Assembly (NCBI RefSeq): GCF_000143415.4
Contig: NW_003314358.1
Coordinates: forward strand, 10,001-74,000
Length of the DNA stretch: 64,000 nucleotides
Direction: 5' to 3'
DNA from: Selaginella moellendorffii
Taxonomy: Eukaryota; Plantae; Lycopodiophyta
Below are positions 1 through 12,637 of this stretch, piece by piece; position 1 is the stretch's first letter, and each line of letters begins with the position of its first letter. The position numbers and the translations under genes were made by a program. The notes beneath the pieces are model-generated. The model saw only the letters and a program-made list of their open reading frames with translations. It was not told the origin of the DNA and ran no database searches.

Positions 1-284
1 ATTAAGGACATATAACCGATTCTGAAAGGAGATGAAAAACTATGATAGTACATATGCTCTCACAATACATTGCAATATCACACACTCGAAAGATTACCAT
101 GAAATATTTTTTGAGATGGTAAAGACAAAAATGGAAACTCACGAATACTATGGGTAGTATTGTGAAAAAAACCCTCACAAATATATGAAATGAAAAGTGA
201 AATAATAAAATATTTTTATTAATTATATAAGGTATAATTAGTTTAATTATTGATAGAGAATAAACTTCGATAGTGCTGGAAAAT

Positions 285-3200
285 CTAATTAACTCCAAAA
301 GTGTTATGCAACTCGGCAATAGTAAGGCTTGCTTGGTGTATATGAATATCCACTTTAGGATCCTGGTGCAAGATGTTGATGAAGATGTAGTACATATGCT
401 TGCAAGGAGCATATGCCTTCTCATGTTCCTTGCGCTTCATAAAGTCTGGACATATGCAAAAAGGAAAGTCTTGAATGGCAATTGTGTACTCTCCACCTTC
501 TGTTTTGATTATGTACTCCTTTGCAAGCGTAGTGATATACTTCGTGGAGAGAATCTCACACTCAAGTGTTTGAGACAAGTGTAAGCTCCTGAGTTTGGAC
601 TTCCCGGGAGGTCACCCAGCCCAGTACTATTCAAACCCAAGGATGCTTAACCCCAACTATCCCAAGACCCTTAACCGATTGGAAAAGGGGGTGCACTCTT
701 ATTCATGGGCCCTTTCCCTCTATATTTGAACCCCTATGGATCGTCTCTCGAGTCGTTCCCTTTGGTTGCTTACACCAAGTTTATTTTACTTTGCTTCTAC
801 TTGGAGACAGTACCAATAAATTTAATTGCCTTACCTTTTCTTGCTGGCCTCCTATGCATCTCTGTAGGAATAGTCCTGGTTTTATCACTCATGTCTCCAA
901 CTCTCCTTTCAAGATTGAAACCAAATTTCTCAAGGTTTTCAATCTCATCCGAGGTGAGTGCAACCCCATTAGCAACTGGCCATTCTTTAGGTACTACATT
1001 AGATTTAGTCACTATAATGTCTTCAAACCTCTTTGTATGGTTGACATCAGTGTTGCAGCAATATAACCAACACCATCTTGAAAATCCTGCTTGCTTTCGT
1101 TCCCCATGGAAACATGGGGCTGGAACAGAAGCAAATTTGTCACCATGGATCCAAGCCCAACACTTGCCCCTCGGAAGCATCCCGACACACCTTACATTTG
1201 ATTTTGCTGGCACCTGACGGATTGCCCATTGCTTCGGCTCCATGCTACGATAAGCAATTTCAACTTGTTGTGATGCACTTTCTTCATTAACCACTTAAGG
1301 TGGCTCGGTTCGGGACCGATGTCTTGGAGCAAAATGATACTCAACATCAGGCCTGTGAGAGCTTTTTACTCCAAGATCTATGCCAACATCTTCACTAGCA
1401 AAGGAAAAACAACGCTTTGAGCGAACAATCTTCATATCACCAATAGAAGCTCAGGGAGTGTACTCTATAGATGTGCCACGGACCACTTCCTCCACTGCAG
1501 TTGCCACTGTTCATGCTGGTGGAATCACTTTCTTCTTCATCTGATCGTGTAACATCTCAACCGAAGGTCCTGTTCCTATGTGTCTTCCTTCCTCAAATGC
1601 TAAGGCTTTTGGAGACTGCTTTACAACGTGTATCAAATCTGATAGACATGCTTCATTTAGACTCATCTTCCCTTTCCCTACCTCAGAGGAACACCAGCTC
1701 CAATGTTTACTCTTTGAGAGATTCACAGTTGGGGTGTATGCAAGATCCTCAAGTGGTTGATCCTTATAAAAAGATGATATTAAAAAGCAATAAAAAGAGA
1801 GGAAAAAAAGAAAAACCAACCTAAAAGAGTGATGTCCCCATTGGAACATTATAACTTCCCACCACCTCAACCATGACTCAAGTTGTGGTAGACAACTTAC
1901 GTCTGTATGCCCATCTTCATGCCACCACATTCGGATTTCGTTTACTTTTGCCTCATGCTCTTCTTCAGAAGGTGCAGCCTGCTATTGTTTGCCCAACTCC
2001 TTAAATGCTAATTGGAAATCTGGCTAAATCCTCTCACGACCTTCTAAGGGTTGACCATTCCCAAAGACTGCCCGGACACCATTCCAATTAGCCCCAGCCC
2101 CATCTGCCATGAAACCGCGAAAGTTAGTAAGCTTACCAGTCCGCTTCAATATAATGTTGGAGAGGGACTTCCAAAATATTTCCTGAGCCATTTGGTCTTG
2201 TATTTTAAACTTTGTTGTTGCAATTGTTAAGTTACAACGTAGCCTATGAAAAGGGCAATGCTTAAAACTATTTTAAGATAATGAGAAAAAAAACTACCTC
2301 GGATCATACACATGAGCTCCTATGGTTGTCCAACCCACCACCCGCTCCATATGGTCAAAATGTACCCATGCATTAACAAGGTCACTCGACCTAGACATAT
2401 CCATTTGGGAAACAAGATCCACACTAGAGGCAGGGCCTATAGTAGATATTTTGAAAACGAAGGGGTGCTCTTGCTTACTAACGACTTGATCTGGAAATAA
2501 ACTCCCATGGATAAACTCGTAGGGACAAGTCCATTTTAGTTCAAGATTTGAGTTGATTTTTTATTGGAGTTTCCCCTCTCGAGATTCACACATCCAAGAC
2601 TTTATCCTAAATAAAACAAAATGTAAGAGAGATATTATTGAAAAGTATGTAATAATATTTTCATACCTCCTGAGGCTAGTTGCAGGTTGCACATATCATA
2701 GTAACTCTCGCAAGCTAGTCTCATCCAGTTGAGTATTCTTGCAATCCGGATCAAGTAAAGTGCTTGTGATAAAATCCTTGAGCACTGTCTTTTAAACATG
2801 CTTCGGAGTTGCAGATGAGTTTCTCATAGTCTTTATTTGCACTGCATCTTTGAAACAGTTGACTGAACTCCTTTGTATCCCTTCCTACATTGGATGTGTA
2901 TGCGTGTCAATATGTACTACAGCTCTACCAGCCTCTCCATCCCGTGGAAGAAAATAGTACATCTTGGCCCCACAAATGGCACGACACAATGGAGCATTCT
3001 TGCAAAACCGACACTTGAATCCAACACCAATGGTGTCACATATGGGAGGATTGGTTGTAGATCCTTCAAAAAATGTGGAGTTTTTACTGTGCTCTCGATT
3101 GCATACTTTCTTCACACAATACAAATACCTACCACAATGAACCATAGATATTGTACCTTCGAAATGCTAGAAATGTGTAGTCTTGATCTTGCACCAGTGT

Positions 3201-3553
3201 GAACATCTTGCTTTGTCTCCATCCCCTTTCGTTTTGAGTTGACAAGAGGTGGTAGTTCAAAGAAGATATTGCCATTGTATGTAGATGGGAGTTCACTAAC
3301 GGGCTTATGTAGAAAGGAATGCACGTCGAAGAGAGGCGGGAAAACTGGAAAGTGTTGCAAACAACTTCGAATATCGGTGAAGTTGGAGTTTAAAATTCTT
3401 GGCTCGCACTAGACTAAAATCTCCACTAGAACTACAAGAGAAAGAAATGATGATAACCGACTCTTGCTTCATATTCGCTTTGGCAGAATTGCAACCTCGC
3501 ACTTTCATTAGAGATTCAAAAACTCGAATCTCCTTCGACTTGGAATGTTGCAA
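285..3553 (-). pseudogene. Decayed Mutator (MULE)-like transposase with N-terminal WRKY/GCM1-type Zn finger and C-terminal SWIM finger
   Basis: Minus-strand fragments in order: LPSTYNGNIFFELPP; HCGRYLYC..C..CRFC..C..C...HIDTHTHP (GCM-like); WVHFDH..VVGWTTIGAHVYDP; NFRGFMADGAGANWNGVRAVFG (DDE core-like); QLESWLRWW; CICPDF..PCKHMYY (SWIM, ORF 285-578). Contains introns, frameshifts, stops and a solo-LTR insertion. The 5' boundary is approximate. Confidence 0.7.
580..774 (-). mobile_element. Cassandra-type (5S rRNA-containing) solo LTR inserted in the transposase gene
   Basis: 195 bp with TGTAAGC...GCTTACA inverted ends; flanks ACAAG/CCAAG (4/5 TSD match). The minus strand reads GTTAAGCATCCTTGGGTTTGAATAGTACTGGGCTGGGTGACCTCCCGGGAAGTCC, matching the A-box/IE/C-box part of plant 5S rRNA. 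Near-identical copy at 45241-45434. Confidence 0.88.
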
Positions 3554-4649
3554 ATCCCAATATTATCCACCTTCACCTACACCCGAAAGAAGAAACTTTG
3601 ATTGTTCAAATACACCAATGTTGTTGCGAATCACAACCTCCAATGAAATAGAACCGAGAGGAAGATCGAAATGTCGGCAAAGAAAACTTTCTAAAATAAA
3701 ATTTTGGGAGAAAAAAAGCGGTGGGTGATCTTGGTAATGCAAAAGGAAACTCTCCATTTTGTTGCCTTTAGGTTTTGGAATTCTGAACTTTTGTAAAGAA
3801 ATATCACCTCAAACATGTGCTATGCCATTATGTGAAAACAAAGGGCGATTTTATTCTAGGATCTAATATCAAATAATATTGTTATAATAAATTATGTATG
3901 AAGTATATAGGACTATGTTGTATAATATTAAAAGTCTGTATACTTTGAATTCAAAAACATGCTCAAATTTATTATATGGATTAACTTTTGGTAGAATAAA
4001 AAGAAATATCACCTCAAGCATGTGCCATAATATGAAAGATAGGAATGATTTTATTCTAGGATCTACCATCCACCAATTGTTGCCAAACAAATTAAATATT
4101 GTACATATTTTCAGTACTTTATTAAAGCCAAAAATCATCACATTCTTCTGAACTCATTTGAATATATTTCATCTTTGTACTACCATCTATCACCTATAGT
4201 AAATTATCTATATACATTTCTTTGGAAAAAACACCTTATGATTTAATAATCTTATATTTTCTGACAAGATGCTATTACTTGCAAGAAACACATAATTCTC
4301 ATTTATAATTTCGTACTGTGATCAATTCAACACATGCATCTGTGACATTATTTCCACATTATGGTATAGTCATATTAGAGCACACCTCCATTATTAAATT
4401 ACAACTCAAAAGGACTTTGTCACGTGATCAAATCTAGGATGGAATAGAAATTGTACATTGCTAGCAAATATTTGCAGAATGTAATGAAGATTTACTGCAT
4501 CCATGATGAACAGCTGTGATGAAAGTTAGGCTAGGGTTAGGGCAGCTGCCAACTAGAGTGGGAGATTGGGAGTGACCGCAGGATCTATCAGCGATGAACA
4601 GAATGCCGCCAAGAGTAAGTTCTTTACTCCTCCGCTCCCTCTCCTCCAC

Positions 4650-5060
4650 TCCCATGCCACGCCCAGTGCCGCCACACCCACGCTTCACCCAGTGCCGCCG
4701 CACCCACGCCATGCCATGCCTAGTGCCGCCGTGCCCACGCTTCACCCAGTGCCGCCGCACCCACGCCACGCCACGCCCAGCACTGCCACTGCCCAGGGCT
4801 GCCACTGCCCATCACCGCCGCGCCCACGCCACACCACGCCTAGCGCCGCCGTGCCCACGCTTCACCCAATGCCGCCGCACCCACGCCACGCCACGCCCAG
4901 CACTGCCACTGCCCAGGGCCGCCGCTGCCCATCACCGCCGCACCCACGCCACACCACACCCAAGGCCGCCACTGCCCAGCACCGCCACGCCCAGTGCTGC
5001 TGCGCCCACACCATGCCATGCCCAGGGCCGCCACTGCCCAGGGCTGCCGCCGCCGCTGCC
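4650..5060. repeat. GC-rich tandem repeat (60/120-bp units)
   Basis: Units 4731-4850 and 4851-4970 are nearly identical (gtgcccacgcttcacccagtgccgccgcacccacgccacgccacg...), with a related 60-bp unit at 4671-4730. Confidence 0.85.
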
Positions 5061-5400
5061 AAGTGCCTGGGCTGGGCATTTGGCCAGGCACTCCGCCCGG
5101 GCAGGCCATCGGTACACCGGTGAACTGGCACCCGGGCCAAATGCCCGTGCCAAGTGCCCGGGCCAAGCACTCCGCACAGCGCCGGCAAAGGCGCTTGGGG
5201 GCAGGCCAAATGCCCATGCCAAATGCCCGTGTCGGGCATTTGGCGTGAGCCGGCGAAGGCGCTTGGGGGTGGGCCGATTTGCCAGCAAAGCAGCCTTCCC
5301 CCAAGCGCCAAGTCCAAGTGCCTGGGCCAGCCAAGGCGCTTGGGGGCGAGCCGGTTCACCGGCAAACCGGCTCCTGTGCCGAGTCCACGCCCCAAAGTCC
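5055..5400. repeat. Cluster of short CCAARYGCC motifs in both orientations
   Basis: Repeated ccaagtgcc / ccaaatgccc / ccaagcgcc and their complements gggcatttgg / ggcgcttgg, lying between the two divergent TE genes. Confidence 0.65.
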
Positions 5401-5566
5401 CTGCTTCTTATGCATTTTTAAGTTATAATGAGTTTTTTTTATTTTTCAAAAACGGAAGTAACTACAAAAGGAGAAGGATGTTGGATCAAAGAGAAGACAT
5501 GAGGAAGATAAGATCCAAGACGATAATCAAGTTGACCTTTAGATAGAGATTTCCACAGCGATAACT

Positions 5567-8500
5567 ATGCTGTCTTTGCAACTAGATAGCTCTAGTCCAC
5601 ATGCACCCCCATTTTTGCCACCACCACCATTACCACCGCCACCACCTTCACCACCATTGCCACCTCTACCTTTATCACCACCATTACCACCACTGCCATC
5701 ACCACCATTACCACCACCGCCATCATCACCATTATTACCACCACCACCGCCATCATCGCCATTATTACCACCACCACCGCCACCATCATCACCACCAACA
5801 GTGCGATTGTTGTCACTACCATTGCAGCCACAACCACAAATGCCACTACTCTTAACATATTTGCAAAATATGGCAGAAACTAGCTATATTACAGAGTAGT
5901 GCCCAAGTGCGCTTGATAGGGGTATTGGGCCTGAGCTGGGGGCTAGATCTGATAATGGTGCTACTGAAGGTGTAGTTGAAGCTGAAAGAGAAGTGGAGTT
6001 ACCTGAACACATTGTAAACAAGCTCTTCCAAGAGACAGTTTTGAGAACCAAAGAGAAGGCCATCCACATGACTCTGGAGTCTCTCAAGTGGGAAGGCCTG
6101 GGAGACATAATCCGAGAAATCCCACTATGTCAATTCACTCAGACAAGCATCGTTCGGTCTGCTTCACCACACTTTGTCAACATGGACATCTATAGTTTGT
6201 ACAAACAGAATGGCCTTGGGACAAACATAGGTATGTTCCTTGTTTCGGTCTTTAAGCCAGGAACGAAAAATACCCTCTCGGTGTCACCGGAAATTGAGAG
6301 GGATTGAGATGACATTTGGAAAATGAAGTCCCGCAAATTTGACATCAAGTTTATGAGCCATCCTAAGACTTAACAATTTGTGAGGAAAATGTTCTACATT
6401 ATCGACGGGAATCATCGCTAGTGTGCGTGGATGAAGTGCATCAATGAATGCTTCCGAGATGATCTTGTCTATCACATCAATATTTTGGTTGGACATGTAC
6501 ACACGAGAGGATCTCTAGATGTGGCAAAGCTTGTGATAGCTTGCCACAAAATTAATGCGTAAGTACTTCTCCCTCTTCAATCACTTTTAACAATTTGTGT
6601 TTTGTAGGTTGGGACAGTTTGCAATGCAAAAACAAAGCCTAGTACATGATATTGAGCAGATCTGGTTTCTTGCCAATCTCGATGAGGATGCAGTCTGCAG
6701 CCACTATGGTGATGATTTAGCATCACTTATTTGGCATCAACGAGGTCTTCAAGATGCCAATAGATGGTACAAGAATCCAGTGGCTTTTATGACAGCTGTG
6801 TGGAATAAGGTATGTTTTTCCAAGTATACTTCTTATCATAGAATGTTTCTGTTATCTTCATCCATTGGTGAAGGTTAAGCAAGATGTATATGCACAATCA
6901 CATCAAGCTAAAAATGATCAAGAACTCTTGGAGCATTTAACTGCAATTGACAAGAAAATCAACAACACAAAGAAGATAAAGGTAAAGAAATTACTTAGTG
7001 TGGCTGACCCTCGACACCTAAAGGAGTGGTTTAATATTATAACAAAGATTGCTTGCCATGAAAGTAAGTATTGTTTGCATTTACATGAAGGTTACTCACA
7101 AAAGTTATTTCTTAGTGGGCAAGACTCTAGATGAGATTATTTACAATATCTCAAAGTCAAAGCTTACATATGAGGAACAGATACACATTCTAAATGACCT
7201 CAATAGCAAACTCAGGGAAGGAGAAAAAGTTTTAGACAGTATGATGGAGACTATGATGAGGAGGACCGTCTACATTTCACAAAATTGTATATGAAGGGGA
7301 GATGTTTCTAATGCCTTTCATAAGGGATGATCTTGAGCAACTTCTATTCAAGGACTTCATCACCACTGAGTTTACAAAACTGAGAGAGGACTAGCTGCCA
7401 AAGAAGGCCACAAGCACGACTCCATTTGATAAACAACTTGGCCAACCTTACTTCATGCGTCGAACAGCTTTTAGGTAACATACAATTTCTCAACTATACT
7501 CAATTTGTTTATATTCTATTATAGGTATCAATATAGAAGTGTTCCTCTCGAAACACTAGTATGCACACGACTTCTGAGGCATGGTGTGAGAGATGGAGGC
7601 ATGTACCCGACAACAATGAAGTATCCAGCAACAATAAAGCGAGCTTGTCCTTGGGAATTGGAGATGCCAGATTATACACCAACCCACCAAGAGGCTGCAA
7701 GAGGCAACAATGAAGATGTGCCGGATGACGAAGATGATGGCCATGAGAATGTCAACACTATTAGTGCCAATGGTGAGGAGAGTGAAGATGGCAGTGAGAA
7801 CGACTTGCAAGAAATTCCTCCAGACAAAGTCTAGCAAAAGAACCAAAACGTCAAAGAAGTTCTACCTTGACGAAAGCATGCAAATCCATATCTAGAGGAA
7901 TTAATTAACAGTGATGATGATCATCCAAGACGTCCCCGTAACCGAGGAATTTCTCAAGGTATATTTCTCTTAATTCTCTCCTTTTCTTAGTTCCTCAAAA
8001 TGGTTGCAGCAAAAACTGTTGGGAGTAACTTCATTCTAGCTCGTCTTGATGCCCAAGAAGAGGACCTGGAGGAACTTACATTTACCACACACCACATGAT
8101 GGTATATAAATTTTTCTTAAGTTCACATTTTATCTTTGTCTTCTCCCCTTAGATTCGCTCTATTTCTCCAGTGGCATTCCATGGTGAAGTTGGGATCTTT
8201 ATTGGCTCCTACAGTTCATTGATGGCATCTTTTGAGGAGGATGCTGAGAATATGGCTATCTAGCAAAAGTGGGAGCGCTTTTGTCAGAAAATCCATAGGT
8301 GACCTCTCAAGAGCACAAACTTCATGCTCTTTGACATGCTAGATGGTCTTCCAGGTATTAATGGTGATGTCTCAAGCTGGAACAACCTGACTAAAGACCA
8401 CTTGAAGGATGCATTCCTTTTGGCAACAATTCTCCTTCACACAACTGGTCAAGTTGCCTTCATTCTCTTGAATGACCCCCATTGGATGTCCTACCTTATG

Positions 8501-8804
8501 AGGTATATAAGTTGAGTCAACTTCAAGAGGTTCTCTTTTGGGTGCATCATGGATAGTGTTGGGGTTGAGACTAAAGGCGTCCTAGGCATACCAGAGAAGG
8601 TAAGAAATCATCTTCTGTTTTAGTTGTCTCTAAAGTTTTATTATTCAAGTTATGACATGGACCTACCATGTGTTCTGTAGATGAGAAAATGACAGTTTTC
8701 GTGATAGTGAGCGTGTTGCAAGGGTTTTGCCATGGTATGAGAGCTTTACTGACATCATACCAAATCTCATAGACGACGACATCCGCAACACATTGTCTGG
8801 GTAT
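5567..8804 (+). pseudogene. Spliced pseudogene: ParB/Sulfiredoxin-like domain, helical/acidic linker, putative beta-class amino-DNA-methyltransferase-like domain
   Basis: Read-through translation: IPLCQFTQTSIVR...MFLVSV...MFYIIDGNHR*CAWMKCI (DGNHR at 6404-6418); GT-AG introns (e.g. 6560-6608); acidic linker 7700-7830; then EVGIFIGSYSSLM...TNFMLFDMLDGLPG...WNNLTKDHLKDAFLLATILLHTTGQVAFIL (8150-8470). Several TAG/TGA stops. Runs into the N gap. The ParB motif is clearer than the MTase call. Confidence 0.6.
5600..5850 (+). repeat. (CCA)n-like low-complexity tract, poly-Pro in the frame of the downstream gene
   Basis: ccaccaccattaccaccgcc... tract; ORF 5567-5899 is in frame with ORF 5993-6307. 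Confidence 0.8.
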
Positions 8805-8983
8805 NNNNNNNNNNNNNNNNNNNNNNNNNNNNNNNNNNNNNNNNNNNNNNNNNNNNNNNNNNNNNNNNNNNNNNNNNNNNNNNNNNNNNNNNNNNNNNNN
8901 NNNNNNNNNNNNNNNNNNNNNNNNNNNNNNNNNNNNNNNNNNNNNNNNNNNNNNNNNNNNNNNNNNNNNNNNNNNNNNNNNNN
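8805..8983. other. Assembly gap
   Basis: Run of N. Confidence 1.
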
Positions 8984-9448
8984 TCCTTCTCTATCAGTTG
9001 CTTCTAGAAGGTAATTTATGATGTTTTAAAAACTTATATATAATATATATTTAGTTTTCTAGAAGTCTTCCTAGGTATGCATGACACATCATATGCAATG
9101 TGTAAATTGAGGAGTGGTATGAAAAATCTATTTATTAATGATACATTAAAAGACAATTGAATGCATCCACTTGCAATGAGAAAGATGTGTCACATGTCAA
9201 TGTGATAATGATTGTGATAGTGATAGTGTTAGTGCAGCAGATAGTGACAATGATAGTGTCAATGACAGAGACAGTGTCAGTGTTAAAGATGATAGAGTTA
9301 CAGTGTTAGTCTGTCAAATTTCATAATTACTAGTATTATGAGTTTATTATCTATAGGTAATACAATTTTGTTAATAAAAAAAAAGGCAAGGGGGGGGGGG
9401 GGGGGATGGATATTATCATAGTGTAAGAATTATTAGTAGCTAGAATTT

Positions 9449-9732
9449 TCAGTAGGATGGCCTAAAAATACCATATTTAGCACTTGTGGATATAAGATTT
9501 ACTAACAGAATATTGTTCCTCACTATGAAATGATAATGATTGTGTGTTCTTAACTCTTTCTTGATTTTCTTATACATTCATTTATGCACATCTTCCACAC
9601 CAATTCTTGAGCAGTTGTGATAGTGTTCTAGAAAAGTTTCTAGACCTATGCAGCCTTCCGTTTTATCAAATAAAAGTAGTAGATTGGACACTAGAGATAA
9701 TATGTGTTCATTCTTTCAAAAGTTTCAGTCAT
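9449..9732 (-). pseudogene. Degraded tandem paralog of the 9927-10217 ORF
   Basis: Translates with stops and a frameshift to MTETFERMNTYYL*CPI...GCIGLETFLEH..CSRIGVEDVHK*MYKKIKKELRTH...NNILLVN...YGIFRP, aligning with 9927-10217. Upstream DNA is also duplicated (about 9733-9885 vs 10218-10356). Confidence 0.75.
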
Positions 9733-9926
9733 ATCTGGAGCAAGATCTTGAAGAAACATCTAGCATCGCTCTTGAAGCACATGATACAATCCATCTTTAG
9801 TAGCAATATCTAGAATATTATCTAGAAGAGGGATCTCTTTTTCAGTCACACTTGGGGCTACAAAAGAAAAAGCCTCACAACAATTGTTGTAAAGAATTAA
9901 ACTTTTGAAAAAACTATGCATAACTT

Positions 9927-10217
9927 TCACATTACATTAATAGGTGGCCTAAATATCCCATATTCAACACTTACTAATGCAGTATTCACCAATGGAATAT
10001 TGTTCTCCACCATGAAATCATAATAGCTGTGTGTTTCTAATTCTTTCTTGATTTTTTTATACATCCACGCGTGTACACCTTCCAAACCCACTCTTGGGCA
10101 TTTGCGACAATGCTCAATAAAATTTACCAAACCCATGCAACCATCTGTCTTGTTTAAATAAAAGTTGCATATAAGACACTGAAGATAATATGTATCTACA
10201 TTAAGCTCCCCTACCAT
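9927..10217 (-). CDS. Small hypothetical protein with a C-x2-C-x18-H-x3-C putative zinc finger (96 aa)
   Basis: Open ORF with CLIC...HCRKC; coding status supported by the conserved tandem paralog. Confidence 0.45.
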   Translation of the reverse strand: MVGELNVDTYYLQCLICNFYLNKTDGCMGLVNFIEHCRKCPRVGLEGVHAWMYKKIKKELETHSYYDFMVENNIPLVNTALVSVEYGIFRPPINVM

Positions 10218-11829
10218 ATTTGGAGTAAGATCTTGAAGAAAATATTGATATCACTCTTGAAGTATTGAAGGCAATCCAACTCTTTTAACAACATCATAAG
10301 GAGGGAATTTTTGTTCAGTTGCACTCAAGGTTGCAAATAGAAAAGCCTCACAACAACCCTCAAAATGAAAAGGAGGATCGTTGTGTAGAGGGGAAGGTGG
10401 ATTATTGGTTGAGATTAGAGATAGAGGTGGAGACTCATATGAAAGGCCTCCATTACACTCTTCCTAACCATTGCAACGTACAAGAAGAATTAAACTTCCC
10501 AGCAATAAGAATTCTCTGATTAATATACTATATTTCAATCTCGGGAATGATGTTTTATTATGACATGATAATATATTGAATCATAATTGTCAGTCTCAGT
10601 AATTTCAACCTACTATGAGAGACAAGTAATTATAGGGTTTCAGAAGCTAAAAACTAGTATATAATTAATATATAGCCTTATTTTATATAGTTGGCCTACC
10701 ATATATAATAATGGCAAATACACATAGACACGTGAGTATGCCTTTTTGCAAGATTACCTTTCAATCCCAAAATCATATATAGATTTCTCTTTGATTTGTC
10801 CATATCATATATCTTTGCAAAGACAAAACATATCAAAAGGAATAAGATATATATAAAAAATTTACTTTTTTTTATAATATTTTAGTGGATTACAAAAGTC
10901 ATTGAAAGGTTTATAGAGTGGATTTATTAGTGCTTATATGCTGTCCATTTCTTCTTTTCTTTTGCTCTGGATTGTTATTTTGGAAGTAACAAGAGTATTT
11001 TTATTAATAGTGACAATGGTCTCCACATTCCCAAATGGGTAATAAGGACCAAGCATATAATATAGAAATTGTGGTAATGAAACAAAATTGACAATCTCAC
11101 ATTTCTGTATGCTAGAATTACTTACAAATTTTTTGTCTTCCTTGCTTCCCATCTCTGTAAACCCTAAAGAATGAACGAGTGAATCAATGTTTCGAATTAT
11201 TTATATATTTCTTTATATCAAAATTGTTAAAATGTTAAAATGTTGAAATGTACAATAGAAATTTTAGGTTCATTCGAACTTCAATATTCGCATTTTATTT
11301 GCCAATAAAGCCCAAAAATTTCTATAGGTTCAGACAAACTTCTAATTCTAGAAATTGTATAAATTGCATTAGAAAGATTCAAAAAATAGAAATCTCCCTG
11401 AACCATTAATACTTAAATTCATAAATTTTAAGTTCACCAAAGAATAATATTTTTTTAACTTAATATTTCTTTATAAAACTTATGATTGACTATATTGACT
11501 AACATTAACTTGAGCTGAATTAAACTCAACTTTGGACCATCCCCCTCCGGGTTCAAGAGACAAGCAATGCCATAGCAATTTATCCATGTCAGGTGATCCT
11601 ACAAAAAAAAAAGACTTTCCTAAGGATGGTCACCTGGTTGGGATTGACTAGATCTGTGCAGTTGAGCACCTTGATCTGCTGCCAAGATGCCTCCACTGTA
11701 TCATCTCCGTCTACGCGCACCTTGGGTATGAAGATCCAGATCCATGACGTTGTTTTTGGAAGCTGCTATGATCAATCCTGTGCGATAGGATTCACATGTG
11801 ACGCTGGTTCTGAAGGTTAAGAGCTTGGA

Positions 11830-12050
11830 ACGAGCCATGGCGATTCAGTCAGACACTTGCGGCTTCAAGCTGGAGACGAGGAAACATCGATGGTGGATTT
11901 GTATGCCTGTTTGATTCCATGGAGCAGCACGACATCGTTTCCGATCATCCCAGGCTATGCCCACGAGAGCCAAGATGGCGGAAGCTTTGCTTCTCATGCG
12001 AGAACAGGGACTCAAACCCGATCACCATCACTGCCACCAGCTTCACTGAT
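11830..12050 (+). pseudogene. Degenerate PPR fragment
   Basis: Frameshifted pieces SMVDLYA / LFDSMEQHDIVS / IIPGYAH / MAEAL / LMREQGLKPD match PLS-PPR motif patterns. Confidence 0.5.
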
Positions 12051-12637
12051 CACCAGGTTAATTCCTCTAGCGTGTTAAACTGAATCTATCAGGTTTTGAG
12101 AGCCTATAAACCATGAATAAGGATGAATTTAAATCTTTTTCGTAAATTCAAAAGCTTCCCAGAGTAGCTGCAAGCATTCCCAAATGTTGTAGAGGCTGAT
12201 GCTGGAAGAAAACGAAGATCTAAGCCACAAGAAAGAGTTTCTTATTTGTATCATATGTCCATCCTAGAGAGATCTCCAAACATAATAAACGATCTAAAAA
12301 GATAGCTTTCATAACTGAAGTCCATTTGCCTCAATGCGGCAAATGCTGCAGATGACAGTTCCTTGATTAGATGATCTCGCACCTTGCAAGTTCTGGAACT
12401 TCTTTCGGCTTGAAGCGGTGGCTTTTCGGGTGAAATATTTCATGTTAAGATGTTACAGAAATAAAGTGGGAGTGAAAAGGAAATCCAGCGGTTGCTTGAA
12501 AGAAAGCTTTTGCTCGTTAGAGCCCTAGAAACGTGTCCAGCTTCCGGCCTGTCGTATGCTTGGTTGTCAGCTAGGCGCACAAGCAAGCAAGCACGCAACA
12601 CACCACAGGTAGATTGAAAGAATCGCAGAGAAACGCT

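Noticed and set aside
590-655. 5S rRNA gene
   Set aside because: Only about 55 nt of the internal control region, inside TG..CA termini with a TSD; not a full 120-nt gene. The same applies at 45250-45315.
4461-5546. Many overlapping long ORFs (up to 275 aa)
   Set aside because: By-products of a GC-rich repeat lacking stop codons; repetitive translations in all frames.
5601-5858. His-rich and Val/Met-rich ORFs
   Set aside because: Alternative frames of the CCA-type low-complexity tract.
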